64,000 nt of DNA from the human T2T-CHM13v2.0 reference genome, Homo sapiens: NCBI RefSeq assembly GCF_009914755.1, contig NC_060945.1, one strand, 5' to 3'. The notes below the pieces were generated by a model that worked only from the letters and a program-made list of their open reading frames with translations, made no database searches and was not told the origin of the DNA. Positions 18,570-31,550 of the stretch are shown here, in pieces. The position numbers and the translations under genes are program-made. Each line of letters starts with the position of its first letter. Position 1 is the stretch's first letter.

Positions 18570-19470
18570 ATTCAGCCAAAACATATATATTTCTTGAATC
18601 CTTACTAAAAGAAAGGCACTGTTCAACTTAATGAAAATATGTCAACGATATAAAACAAAAATGTTTACCCTCATGCAAATTATATTCCAGTGAGAAAAGA
18701 CAGATCATTAATAAAATAAATATGTAAAATATATAATATGCCAGAAGGTAATAAGTGGCACAGAGAAAAATTAAGTTTGGAAGAGAGCTCAGGAATGCTG
18801 GGAGCAGGTAGATGTGAAGGTAGTTAGAATGCTCAAGGAGGGAGTAATAGGCAGAAGAATGGCCTTTCTACATGTCCATATCCCTATATGGCAAAAAGGA
18901 CTTATGGATGTGATGAAGTTATGGATCATGAGATGAGGAGATTATTCTGGATTACCCATGTTAGCCCAATGTCATCACAAGAGGACTTAAAAGCAAAAGA
19001 GGGAGGTAGGAGAGTCTGAGGCAAGAAGCGTGACAGCTAGGGTCAGAATGATGTGGTTGCTGCTTGGAAGGGGGCCAGGGGCCAAGGGATGCAGGCATCC
19101 TTTAAAATCTGGAGAAGGTAAGAAAGTGTTCTCTCTCCCCTAGAGAGAGTGTGTGTTCTTTTAGGCTACTAGAGGTGTGCTAATTTATTCCAGCAATCAT
19201 AGAAAACTTATATAGATAAGGTCTCACTGAGAAGATAACATTTGAACAAAGATTCCAAGGAGGTGAGGGCACCAGCTATGCAGATATCTGGGGAAGAGCA
19301 CTCGAGGAAGAAAAGGCAGGCAAACAGCAGGGTGCCTAGCCTATGTGCATGAAGTAGAGAACACTGGGAGTCAGAAGGCTAACAGAAGACAAGTCAGAGA
19401 GAGGGACTGGGGTGGGTCAACTCACACTCAGCCTCACTGGCTATTGTAAGAACTTCGAGTTATTCTGAGA
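18570..19470 (-). mobile_element. L2 fragment interrupted by an MLT1 LTR
   Basis: AAGGTCTCACTGAGAAGATAACATTTGAACAAAGA...CAGCTATGCAGATATCTGGGGAAGAGCA. Confidence 0.6.
18850..19210 (+). mobile_element. MLT1 (MaLR) solo LTR
   Basis: ATGGCAAAAAGGACTTATGGATGTGATGAAGTT...GAGATTATTCTGGATTACCC...CCCAATGTCATCACAAG. Confidence 0.7.
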
Positions 19471-19534
19471 CACTCAGTATAGGAAAGTCTATGAATATTT
19501 ATAGAAATTCTGAACGTTTACAAGATGAATAAAA

Positions 19535-19685
19535 GTTGTATGCTAGCAAACCTATTGGTTGGGTGGGGGGAAGCCCAGATTTGTAGCATTTGCTGATTTA
19601 CATTGTGTAAATATTTCTACTGATGGTTTGACAAACACTTCATAAAATTTCTGGGTACTTAATTATCAGCTCCAGTAGAGCGCTG
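19535..19685. mobile_element. MER63-like hAT MITE remnant
   Basis: AAGCCCAGATTTGTAGCATTTGCTGATTTACATTGTGTAAATA matches the recalled MER63 core. Confidence 0.45.
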
Positions 19686-20288
19686 CATGTATGACACCAC
19701 ATTTGCCAATTCCACACTAGATTCTATTGGGAACAAGCTGTATGAGAGTCAACTGGTGGCAGAAATAAGGAAGTCCTCAATAAAAATCAGCATTTACTTT
19801 TGACAGATGTGAAATCCTGGAACTTATTTCTCTTTACTTGCTCTGCCTGGTGATTAAATTATGATTTTAAAAGAAATAGTTTTAATTTCTTATTAGAATG
19901 CTGCCACCAAATAAATAAAATACGTACTTTAACTATATGCAATCTTTTCTATATTATACTGTTGTCAACAGAAACATTATCATGGGCCAACTTCATGAAA
20001 GGAGATATGTGATAGAAGATGGAGTTGTTGGAATGGAAAAAAAAAGTCAAATTTTACTTTGGATTAATCAGAGGGAAGAAAGCAAACAGACAGGAAAGGA
20101 AAGGCAAGCTTAGCCAAGTTGAAGAGGCTGAACTCAGGAGGCAGTTGGAGAATAGGATCATAGTTTGAAGAGAGCTGCTAGGCTGTTTACTCCAGGTGAG
20201 GATCATAATCCCAGAAGACCCAGTCACAAACACCATAACACTGAATGTTGAAATCCTGAAAGATTAAAATTCCTAAGGTCTAAATTCT

Positions 20289-22670
20289 CTTTTTTGTAGT
20301 AGAGACAGAGTGAATTGGTTCATTCTCATGCTTCCAATAAAAACATACACGAGCCTGGGTAATTTACAAAAGAAAGAGGTTTAATTGACTCACAGTTCAG
20401 CATGGCTGGGAAGGCTTCAGAAAACTTACAATCATGGTGAATGCAAACAAGAAGCAAGGCACCAGGAGGTGCTGAGCAAAAGGGGAAAAGCCCCTTATAA
20501 AACCTTCAGGTATCACTCACTGTCATGAGAACACCACGGGGGTAACCACCCCCATGATTCAATTACCTCCAACTGGGTTCCTCCCATAACATGTAGGGAT
20601 TATGGAAACTACATTTCAAGGTGAGATTTGGGTGGGGACAGAGCCAAACCATATCATTCTGCCCTCAGCCCCTTCCAAATTTCATGTCCTTACATTTTAA
20701 AACATGATCTTGCCTTTCTAACAGTTCCCCAAAGCCTTAGCTCATTCCAGCATTAACCCAAATGTCCAAGTCCAAAGTCTTATCTTAGACAAGGCAAGGC
20801 CCTTCTGCCTATGAGCCTGTAAAGTCAAAATTAAGTTAGTTACTTCATAGATACAATGAGGATATAGGCATTGGGTAAATACACCTGTTCCAAATGGGAG
20901 AAATTGGCCAAAATGAAGGGACTGCACGCCCCATGCAAGTCCAAAATTCAATGGGTCAGTCAAATCTTGAAGCTCTGAAATGATTTCCTTTGACTTCATG
21001 TCTCACATCCAGGTCACGCTGAAGCAAGAGGTGGGCTCTCATGGCCTTGGGCAGCTCCACCCCTGTTGCTTTGCAGGGTACAGCCCTCCTCCTGGCTGCT
21101 TTCACAGGATGGTGCTGAGTGTCTGTGGCTTTTCCAGGCAATACAGTGTAAGCTGTCAGTGTATCTACCATTCTGGAGTCTGGAGGATGGTGGCCCTCTT
21201 CTTTCAGCTCCACTAGGAAATGCCCCAGTGGGGACTGTGTGGGGGCTCTGACCCCCATTTCCCTTCTGCACTCACTGCCCTAGCAGAGGTTCCCCATGAG
21301 GGCTCCGTCCCCATCACAAATTTGTGCCTGAACACCCAGGCATTTCCATGCATCCTCTGAAATTTAGATGTAGATACCCAAACCTCAATTCTTGACTTCT
21401 GTGCACCCACAGGCCCAACGCCTCATGTAAGCTGCCAAGGCTTGGGCCTTGTACCCTCTGAAGCCATGGCTTGAGCTGTACCTTGGCCCTTTAGCCATGA
21501 TTAGGACACAGGGCGCCAAGTCCTGAGACTGCACAGAGCAGCAAGTCCCTGCACCGGGCCCATTAAACCATTTTTTTCCTCCTAGGCCTCCTGGCCTGTG
21601 ATGGTTTGAGTTGCCGTGAAGGTCTCTGACATGCCCTGAAGACATTTTCCCATTGTCTTGGTGATTAATATTTAGCTCCTTGTTACTTATGCAAATTTCT
21701 GCAGCTGGCTTGAATTTCTCTCCAGAAAATGGGTTTTCCTTTTCTATCTCATCATCAAGCTGCAAAATTTTTAAAACTTTTATGCTTTGCTTCCTCTTGA
21801 ACACTTTGCTCCCTAGGAATTTATTCTGCCAGATACCCTAAACCATGTCTCTCAAGTTTAAAGTTCCACAGATTTCTAGGGCAGGGGCAAAATGCCATCA
21901 GTCTCTTTGCATAGCAAGAGTCATCTTTACTCCAGTTCCCAACAATTTCTCATCTCCATATGAGACCACCTCAGCCTGGACTTCATTGTCCATGTCACTA
22001 TCAGCATTTTCCTCAAAACCATTCTGCAAGTCTCTAGGAAGTTCCAAACTTCCTCACATTTTTCTCTCTTCTTCCGAACCCTGCAAACTGTTCAACCTCT
22101 GCCTGTTACCCAGTTCCAAATTCACTTCCACATTTTTAGGTATCCTTATAGCAACGCCCCACTACCTCAGTACATATTTACTGTATCAGTCCATTCTCAT
22201 GCTGCTAATAAAGACATAACCAAGCTTGGGTAATTTATAAAGTAAAGAGGTTTAATTGACTCACAGTTCATCATAGCTGGGGAGGCTTCAGGAAACTTAC
22301 AAGCATGGTAGAATGCAAAGGGGAAGCAAGTCACCTTCTTCATGAAGTGGCAGGAAGGAGAAGCACAAGCAAAGGGGCAAAAGCTCCTTATAAAACCATC
22401 AGATCTTGTGAGAACTCACTCACTATCATGAGAACAGCATGGGGGTAACTGCCTCCATGATTCAATTACCTCCCACTGGGTCCCCATCATGATATGTGAA
22501 GATTATGGGAACTACAAATCAAGATGAGATTTGGTTGGAGACACAGCCAAACCATATCATGGGGTCTCACTTTATTGCCCCGGCTGATTTCAAACTCCTG
22601 GGCTCAAGTGATCCTCCTGACTTGGCCTCCCAAAGTGCTGGGAATACAGGCATGAGCCACCATGCCCAGT
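20289..22670 (-). mobile_element. FLAM_C-like monomer split by THE1 (20289-20310 and 22560-22670)
   Basis: TTTTTGTAGTAGAGAC | GGGGTCTCAC...GGCTCAAGTGATCCTCC...GCCACCATGCCCAG; TSD CCTAARGTCTAAATTCT at 20272-20288 and 22671-22687. Confidence 0.85.
20311..22559 (-). mobile_element. Full-length THE1C/D MaLR provirus (LTR 20311-20656, internal 20657-22181, LTR 22182-22559)
   Basis: Two reverse-strand THE1 LTRs ending CCAAACCATATCA around a ~1.5-kb THE1 internal region; 5-bp TSD CAGAG/TGGGG, consistent with an ancestral CGGGG. Confidence 0.92.
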
Positions 22671-22714
22671 CCTAAAGTCTAAATTCTTAACATCTAAAAT
22701 CCAGAAAATCACAG

Positions 22715-22997
22715 TGACAGGAGAGTTGTACCAAGTTAGTTGCATCGTGTTAGGTACAACTGTTGCTTTGTTTTCTTTTTATTTGGAAATTATGTATGGT
22801 TTAAGGAGGTCCATATGGGTGCCAAATCTACAAGGGGTGGACTTGCAGACTTAATTTCAGGTGTCAACTTGACTGGATTAAGGAATCCCTGGAAAGCTGG
22901 GACAGCATTATTTTGGGTATGTCTGTGATGGTTTTCTCAGAAGAGATCAGTGTGTGGGTCTGAGCGGACTAGGTGGGGAAGATCTGCTGTCACTGTT
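22715..22997 (+). mobile_element. ERV-L 3' internal end, PPT and partial MLT2 LTR carried inside Ricksha
   Basis: ATGGGTGCCAAATCTACAAGGGGTGGAC (PPT), then GTGTCAACTTGACTGGATTAAGG...GGTGGGGAAGATCTG (MLT2-like). Confidence 0.75.
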
Positions 22998-23249
22998 TTG
23001 AATGTCCTGAATATCACAGAAGAAGTTAAAATGAAAGTAAAAAATGGACAAAATCTTGTCTGCCAAATTATGTAATCATGTACCAAACACCTCTACAGGT
23101 AGCACCATGCTTGCCTTCACAAAATGCCTTTTGTGAGATAATAAAAATAGTTCAACAAATTCAGTGGCCTTCTGAGCCAGACACCTCCTGGCACAGAGCT
23201 TCCTCTAGTGCTACAAGACATATTAAATCATGAACTATTCTTGATTAGG

Positions 23250-24200
23250 GATTTGACTGTCAAAAAAGATAAACATGTTTATTTACCACTAAGTTTAACA
23301 TAACAAAACTGGTGCATGTTTCACTTTGGCTGATGAACGGCACTTTCAAAACTGTCCCCAGTGGGTTTTTTAAATCAACTTTATACAGTTTATGCCCCCA
23401 TTGGATTACAAAATTCTGTAATTTAATCTGCATGTTTATGGTTTCATAACTGGAAAAAGTGAAGTACTTTTTAAAAGCTTATTTGAAGATTTGGAGGGCT
23501 TTGCAGAAGAAAATAGATTTCAATTGCATCCCCAAATTATAATGACAAGTTTTTAATTAGGTGTGATCAAGGCTTCTAAAAGTGAAATGCAAGTTGTTAC
23601 CAGTAAAGTTTATATCTTCCATTCAGCCCAGCTCATTTGCCAGAAAATTCAGATGAGTGGATTGGCCAGGCCATCTGGCAATGATGAAAATTTTAGTTTA
23701 AAAATGTGTCATTTGTCTGTATTGGCATTCCTTCCACCTGATAAAATTCCAGGAGCTTTTGATAAATTAAAACCACAATTGCCTGAAGAAGACAGAAATA
23801 TTACATACTGGTTTGAAAATAATGATGTGCAAGGTAGGATAAGAAGTCATTTAGGCAATGGTGTTGCTGTTCAATCAAAAGTATTGTTTCTGAAAAATGA
23901 GTGTCCTGTATATGAGGGCCTGCAAAATGGATTTCCACATACTCAAAATAATAGACGAGAATGGCATAGAAGATTGGAAAATGTAATAGGAAATGTTCAT
24001 GTCAGTGTGTATCAAATTATAGAAGAATTTCAAAAAGAGCAGTGCCACGTAGAAAATGAATGTGAATGTATTTTATCAGGAGAGTCAAATCCTAAAAACA
24101 AAAAAGACAACTATTCATCGTGATGCATGACTTCAAAATATAGCTAATGATCATGAAAGTCAGCCAGCTATGATGAACTCTGCAAATGCCCATAATCTAT
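23250..24200 (+). pseudogene. MULE transposase remnant
   Basis: WLM(D>N)GTFKTVP...QLYT near 23330-23390; 186-aa open stretch 23563-24123 with FHSAQLICQKIQMSGL, LAFLP and HTQNNRREWHRRL, corresponding to MULE CxxH and TNNxxE motifs. Confidence 0.8.
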
Positions 24201-24835
24201 CCATGTAATATACTTTTTATGTGTCAATTTTCTTTTTAGTTGTTTCTTTTTCAATTTTTCCACTATTTTAAATTGTCACCATTATTTTTTACAAGTTGCT
24301 ATGCTGTGTATTTCATCTTAGTATCACTTCAATACTGAAGGTATAAATTTTGCAAAGACTTTTAGAGAATTCTAATTTGTTTTATGCATTTTTTTTGCAA
24401 ATTTAACTCCACAAGAGTGCATTATCACAACACTGACTTTGTGTGTAACCATTGCACATGCACATAAAAACATTAAAGTTTCCTCAATAAATGAGAAGAT
24501 ATCCTTTTTGCACATTTGCATTTGGGAAAGAGAAAATTCCTCAGGATCTCAGCTCTTTGACTACATATTAGATGGTGACCCATCCCAGCTTTTGATGAAT
24601 CTGGTCAAAAGACTTAGGTTGTCACAATATTCCAGATGACCTAAGTTATAAAGCTGAGTGCACCCAGTTACCAACCATGCTTTTATACATTTTGCTTTTT
24701 GACCCATTTATTTACAAATACAACTCATCTGCTCATTACCATTATACCCGTGAGACTATCGTTAGCATACCTGAGTTTTATGCTTGCAAATATATGTATG
24801 TTATTATTGCCTATTGATTGTGTAAAGTGGCCTAG

Positions 24836-25197
<362 letters not shown>

Positions 25198-26710
25198 AAT
25201 AAATGCTTTTTAAAGAATGTGTTAATAATTTTTTTCCAGAATTGTATGTTCAGAATTTTGATTTTTTAGGATTGTAATTTTCAGGATTTTAGACTGTACA
25301 GATTTTGATCTTTTGGGACTTCAACATTCGGGATTACGACGTTTACGATTGTGTTTTCCTGGGCTGTGGCCCAAACTCGTGTGGTCCAACACTATTTCAC
25401 ATGAGAGGAAAGCAAACCACGTGCACAGATGCAATGAAGGCTTAATTAGGAATCTTGTATAGATTATATCCCAGGAAAACATGATTAAGATGATACATAA
25501 CGACTTTTTTTCCCCCAGTGAAAAAGATCCACATTCTTTTTCTTGTGTGGAATTAAACACAATTTCTGAATCAATGTAAGTGAATGCAAATCACCACGTT
25601 CACTTAGCTGATGCTCCTTTATTAACAGGGATAGAAAGGAGGTCATTCGAAGAGATGATGGCACGGGACCCAGGACCTGAGGAAGCTGCAGTGGGTGAAG
25701 GGGAGAAACAGGAGCAGGGGCTGGAGAAAGAGTGGGGAGTCATCAACCACCCTCCTTTCTCCTGGCGTCTGGTTTTCGGAGCCCAGAGGTCTTCTCTAGG
25801 GCCTCAGAGAAGCTTCCAAGTCTGTTCATTTCTCTTTCCCCACCCCTGCTTGTATCACAAATAAAGAAATTATTGACAACTGAATTCCTGACTAGGTGGC
25901 AGGATTTTAGGGACCCTTCACCTCGTCTGAAACTCATGAAGGTAGTGGGAATCCCATGGGTTAGTTAGCAATAGTCCCTGAGATTATTTGGTCATATAAA
26001 TAATCAGAAAACTCATAGTCATCTTGCTTTTCTTATAATGCCCAGCTGGGGGATGGTGGGGGTAGGTAGGACTGGAGTGAGAAGAGATAGAACCAGAGAT
26101 GGCTTTCATGTATGGGGATCTCCAGAGCAATCAGGCCTAAGTACAACCAAGAAGGGTCTTGAAGCCGCTCTGGTGAGGGCAGCCTGGTCTCAGGCCCCAG
26201 CTCACACCAAGAACGTCACCTGTCTGACTGGGAAGCTTAAGCAATGTGTTTCTGTTTTTGCTTTTGTTTTCTGGTAAAGAATTCAATGTCATTAGCTACA
26301 TTCACAATGCTGTGCAATCATCACCACTATCCATTTCTGAAACATTCTATCATCCCAGACAGGAACTCTGTGCCCATTAGACACTAACCCCGCCCATTTC
26401 CACCTCCTGCCAGTCCTGAAAACCTCTATTCTGCTTTGTGTCTCTATTAATTTGCCTGTTCCAGGTTCTTCATATAGATGGAATCACGTAGTCTGTGTTT
26501 GACGTCTGACTTAGCATAATGTTTTTAAGTTTTATCTATGTGGTAGCAAGTATCAGAATTCCCTCCCTTTTTAAAGATCACTAATATTCCATTTTATGTC
26601 TATACCACGTTTTGTTTATCCATCTATCCCTCAATAGACTTTTTAGGTTGTTTCCACCTTGTGGTTCCTGTAAATAAGGCTGCTGTAATGCTGCAATGAA
26701 CACAGGTGTA

Positions 26711-27245
26711 GCAGGCAGGTGTGGTGGCATGTGCCTGTAGTTCCTGCTACTCAGGCATCTGAGGCAGGAAGATTGCTTGAGCCCAGGAGTCCTGGGCTGC
26801 AGTGTGCTGTGTTGATCAGATGTCTGCACGAAATTAGACATTAGTACAGTGACCTCCTGGGATAAGGGACTACCAGGTTGCCTAAGGAGGGGCGAATCGG
26901 CCTGGGTTGGTGACAAAGCAGGGCACAACTCCCAGTTTGACCAGCAGGGGGTCATGCCTGTGGATAGTCACGCAGCAGGGAGATCCTGCCCGTGGACAGC
27001 CCCGCAGCAGGGAGATCGTGCCTGTAAACAGCCCCACAGCAGGGGGTCATGCCTGTGGACAGCCCCTCACCAGGGGTTCGTGCCTGTGGACAGCCCCGCA
27101 GCAGGGGATTGTGCCTGTGGACAGCCCCGCAGCAGGGGGTCGTGCCTGTGGACAGCTCCCCAGCAGGGGGATCATGCCTATAAACAGCCCCTGCACTCCA
27201 GGCTGGGAAACAGAATGAGACCCTATTTATTAAAAAAAAAAAAAA
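26711..27245 (+). pseudogene. 7SL (SRP RNA) processed pseudogene with an internal minisatellite
   Basis: Alu domain plus S domain (GTGACCTCCTGGGATAAGGGACTACCAGGTTGCCTAAGGAGGGGCGAATCGGCC); 3' end CTGCACTCCAGGCTGGGAAACAGAATGAGACCC; poly(A); TSD GAACACAGGTGYA at 26698-26710 and 27267-27279. Confidence 0.92.
26942..27191. repeat. GC-rich minisatellite, 31-32-bp unit x 8, derived from 7SL sequence
   Basis: CAGCAGGGGRTCGTGCCTGTGGACAGCCCCG units at 26942, 26973, 27005, 27037, 27068, 27099, 27130 and 27161. Confidence 0.92.
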
Positions 27246-27412
27246 GAGGGGGGTGGGGTGGGGAGAGAACACAGGTGCACAAGTATCTATTTGAGTAACT
27301 GCTTTCCATTCTTTTGAAGATAGATATAGGTAGATAAAGATACAGATATAGAGATTTATAGATGTGAGTGGGATTACTGAATCATATGGTAATTCTATGT
27401 CTAAATTCTTGA

Positions 27413-27834
<422 letters not shown>

Positions 27835-28799
27835 CTGATTTTTTCTTTTTTGATAGCAGCCATCCTAATCGTTGTGCAGTGTGTGTGTGGGGGGGGGGGG
27901 GGGTTTAATATCACATTGGTGATTCTAATGCGTAACCAGGAAAGAAAAGCTTGGATTCTGGGTCTCAATTTTTCATCTAGGTAAACCAGAGCAAATAAAA
28001 CCTATTGAAGAGTTCTCCTGATGATTGAATGAGTTTCCCCATAGAAGGCAAAATCTACAAATGTTGGTTCCTCTCTTAGTCCCTTGGAATTCTACTAAAC
28101 TTCCGGCCTCAACATACAGAGAAACTCTCTGAAGCCTAAAACTATGCAGATTTGACACAGGGCTGATTTTAACTTCTGTTTTGCTTTTACTCTATAGGTA
28201 GCTGCAGATGTCACATGTGTCCTCCATGACATCTAAACAGCACTACACCTGCACCAGCTTTCCTCTCAAATTAACTACTCATCAGTTCTATTATTAAACA
28301 AACAAGGAGCAGCTGTAATACTGAAGGAATGCGTGGAATTGTGCTTTAAAATTACATCTCTGCCAACACTTTTAGTTTGCTTGTTGAATAACTACAAGTT
28401 TTCCAGTTAAATTAATAGAATACATTATACCCATAAAATCCTGAAATACTTGACAATACACACAACAAAATATTTTACAAGTAGAGAATATAATAAATGT
28501 ATGACACTTTAGAAATTCATTGAGATAGGTTTAAACAGTGTTTACTTTTATTTGGTGTGCTTTCTTTCATCTCACAGTAATAAGCTGTGGTTTAGTTTAT
28601 CGGCTGAATAGTCACTATGCAGTCTTTTGTAAAATTGTGGAGGTTCGCAGTAATGTGATTATTGAGCTTCAACAGAATACACAGAAGATCCCAGGAACCA
28701 CCAACTAATCCATCCACTATGCAGTATCTAAAGTGTTTGCAAAAATAAAAAACAACAACAACAACAAAAAAAACTGAACAGCTGACTTGTAGCAAAGCT

Positions 28800-28848
28800 A
28801 TCAGGTTAGTGCAAAAGTAATTGTGGTTTTGCCATTGAAAGTAATGAA
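28800..28848. mobile_element. MADE1 (Hsmar1 MITE) half element
   Basis: AGGTTAGTGCAAAAGTAATTGTGGTTTTGCCATTGAAAGTAATG matches the Hsmar1 TIR. Confidence 0.7.
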
Positions 28849-29304
28849 AGTAATTGAAAGAATAGGTGTTCTAGCTGGACATTCTACAATGCATGCCACA
28901 ACCATGGATCAATTGTGTATTGAAAACCCAAACCAACTGAGGATCACTGCTGTGCATTATTCCCATCGTGTCATAATGTGGCAAACTAAAACTAAGGACT
29001 TGTAACAAGGGATTTTCAGAGGGAGAGCAAACATATTGGTTAAAGCAAAGAAAACTGGCAATTTTCAATTTTCTCAAATCAAACTATTCACTACTTTGTA
29101 CCCTTCTTTACAAAATCCAGAACTTTAGATAGGATTACCCTTAGGTAAAACTGTAAAATGAGCAGCTTCTGATCAATAGGCCTCAACTCCTTTTCCCTTC
29201 TGTATCACAGACCGTGTGGGTGAATCCATCACGTGACCTAATATGATTTGGCCAGTTGGGAAAGGTCTTTTTAAAGAACTAACACTCAGGCTGGGATCTA
29301 GAGC

Positions 29305-29457
29305 AAAGCACCGTAAACTTGAATGTGCATATGAACCACCTGGGCACCTTGTCAACAAGCAGATTCTGATTCATTGGATCTAGGGTGGTGCCTCAGCTCT
29401 AGCAAGCTCCCAGAGATGCCTATGTGACTGCCTTGGACATCAGTTACAGTAGCAAGA
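29305..29457. mobile_element. MER5-like hAT-Charlie MITE
   Basis: AAACTTGAATGTGCATATGAACCACCTGGG...GCAGATTCTGATTCA...CAAGCTCCCAG. Confidence 0.7.
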
Positions 29458-30297
29458 ATATAAGCAGATACCAGCCAACAAAGCAGGAGTGAATGCTTCA
29501 TGGCCCAGGCAGCCCTGGACCACGCCAGCTCAGGGATCTGAGAAAAGAGTAACTGGACTGAGGTCTATGAGTGCTTCCATGAGAGGTGAGGCTGAGAAGG
29601 TGGACAAGATCTAGGTTAATGTGTTAACTTCCTACTAAATGCAAGGCTAGGCTCTGCATAAACAGAAACAAATAAGGCAAACCTAGTCCTTGCATCTTTA
29701 GAGCTTGCAGTCTAGCAGAATTATTTCGTGGGTAGAAAATCATTAAATATTTTTAAACGAAGGAGAGACATGATCTAATTGAAATTTTTAAAGAACCTCT
29801 CTGGGTGTGCCATAGAGAAGGTATTGGAGAGGCAAAAAGTTGGAAAGAGGAGTATATGTTTGCAGATCAGCTGAAAGATGCGGATGGCAGAAGCGGATAA
29901 TTTTAGCACATATTTTGAAAGTGAAATAACAGTACTTGGTTGCAAGTTGTGATGGTAGGGTGGTTGCAGGAAGAAGAAAGCATCAAGGATGATGATGCTT
30001 TCTGGAAGAAGCAAATGGGTAAATGGAGACGATTTTTATAAGGAATGGTAAGGCTGAAGAAGAAATAAACTAACAAAAGGGAAATGATTGAGGAAGTGGC
30101 ATAGATGTGGGGGCAGAACTCAAGAGTTTTGAATTCTGATTTTAGGAATGCCTGTGAAAATCCCAGTGGAGATTTCAAGATGGCAGGTGCACATAATGTT
30201 TTGGAGCTTGGGAGGAGAGGTCTGTAGGAGCCATATGCATATCAATGGTATCTAAAGCCATAGGAATTAGTAAAACCTTGTCTAGAGTCTGTGTAGG

Positions 30298-30516
30298 CAG
30301 GGCTGTCCAATCTTTTGGCTTCCCTGGCTGTATTCAAATAAGAAGAATTGTCTTGGGCCACACATAAAATATACTAACATTAACAATAGACGATGAGCTT
30401 AAAAAATCATAAAATATCTTATAATGCTTGAAGAATGTTTACAAATTTGTGTATGGCTGCATTCAAAGCTGTCCTGGGCCACACGTGGCCCACAGGCCAT
30501 GGGTTGGACAAGCTTA
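30298..30516. mobile_element. MER30 hAT-Charlie MITE
   Basis: CAGGGCTGTCCAATCTTTTGGCTTCCCTGG...AAGAATTGTCTTGGGCCACACATAAAATA...GGGTTGGACAAGCTT. Confidence 0.85.
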
Positions 30517-30689
30517 GTATGGAATAAGAACAGAAGAGGACCCAGGATTTAGGAACTTCAACATTTAAAGTTTGGGCAAAGAGGGAGAAGCTGATAAGAA
30601 AATAGTTCAAGCTAGAGGAAGAGGTCAGGGGTCTACTCTACCGAATGTTCCTGAGACCCCATTGGACTTATATATTACATAATATGTAC

Positions 30690-30802
30690 AATATATGTTA
30701 CTTTGGTGATGGATACCCTAATAGCTTTGAACTGACCACTATGCATGGGACAAAATTGCACATGTATCCCATAAATTTTATATAAACAAAGGTAAATAAA
30801 TA
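30690..30802 (+). mobile_element. Short L1MA/L1PB 3'-end fragment
   Basis: GGTGATGGATACCCTAATAGC...AAATTGCACATGTATCCCATAAATTT. Confidence 0.7.
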
Positions 30803-31086
30803 GAAGGAAGGAAAGGAGAAAGAGAGAGAAGGAAGGAAGAAAGGAAGGAAGGAAGGAAGGAAGGAAGGAAGGAAGGAAGGAAGGAAGGAAGGGCGAGGAA
30901 AGGAAAGGAAAGAAGGAGAGGAGAGTGAGGAAAGGAAGAGAAGGGAAAAGAAAAGAAAGGAAAGGAAAGGAAAGGAAAGGAAAGGTAAGGGAAGGAAAGA
31001 AGGAAGGGAGAGCAAGGGAAGGTTAGGAAAGGGAGGGAAGGAAGGAAGAGAGAAAGAAAGAGGAAAGAAGGAGAGAGAGAGAAAGA

Positions 31087-31150
<64 letters not shown>

Positions 31151-31171
31151 GGAGAGAAAGAAAGAAAGAGG
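30803..31171. repeat. ~370-bp near-pure polypurine compound microsatellite, (GGAA)n/(GGAAA)n/(GAAA)n
   Basis: Read directly; only a few pyrimidines; adjoins the L1 3' end. Confidence 0.95.
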
Positions 31172-31204
31172 AATAGTGTTCATGATGTTTAGGAATCACC
31201 AATT

Positions 31205-31550
31205 CTGGGGGTGCTGAATTGTGTCCCCCCAGATTCCTATGTTGAAGAGCTGATCCCCACTGCCTCAGAGGGACTGATTTAGAGAAGGCATTCAAAGAGG
31301 TAAGTGAGGTCAAATAAAGCCATATGGGTGGACCCTAAACCAATATGGCAGGTGTCCATCTAAAAAGAGATTGAGACACAGGCAACACAGCCTGAGGACA
31401 CAGCAAGAAGGGAGGCATCTGCAAGGCAGCAGTTCTCAGAAGAAGGCAAACCTGCTGACATTCCATCGTGGATTTCCAGTCTTCAGAGCTTGAGAAGATA
31501 AACCACTCAATCTGTGGCAGCTTGTGATGGAAGCCCCTAGCACTCTTATA
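31205..31550 (+). mobile_element. MLT1A-type solo LTR
   Basis: CTGAATTGTGTCCCCCCAGATTCCTATGTTGAAG...GGTGGACCCTAAACCAATATG...GGAAGCCCTAGCA. Confidence 0.75.

Noticed and set aside
20742-22219. Cluster of overlapping 60-140-aa ORFs
   Set aside because: All lie within the decayed THE1 internal region; no intact reading frame.
26711-27245. Functional SRP RNA gene or ordinary Alu
   Set aside because: It has the S domain, so it is not an Alu; it is heavily diverged, polyadenylated, TSD-flanked and interrupted, so it is a retrocopy.
27878-27903. (GT)n plus G15 run as a G-quadruplex element
   Set aside because: Simple repeat at an L1 fragment end; nothing supports a function.
30698-31313. Hydrophobic 161-aa and 96-aa membrane-protein-like ORFs
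   Set aside because: Translation of the (TTTC)/(TTCC) microsatellite.
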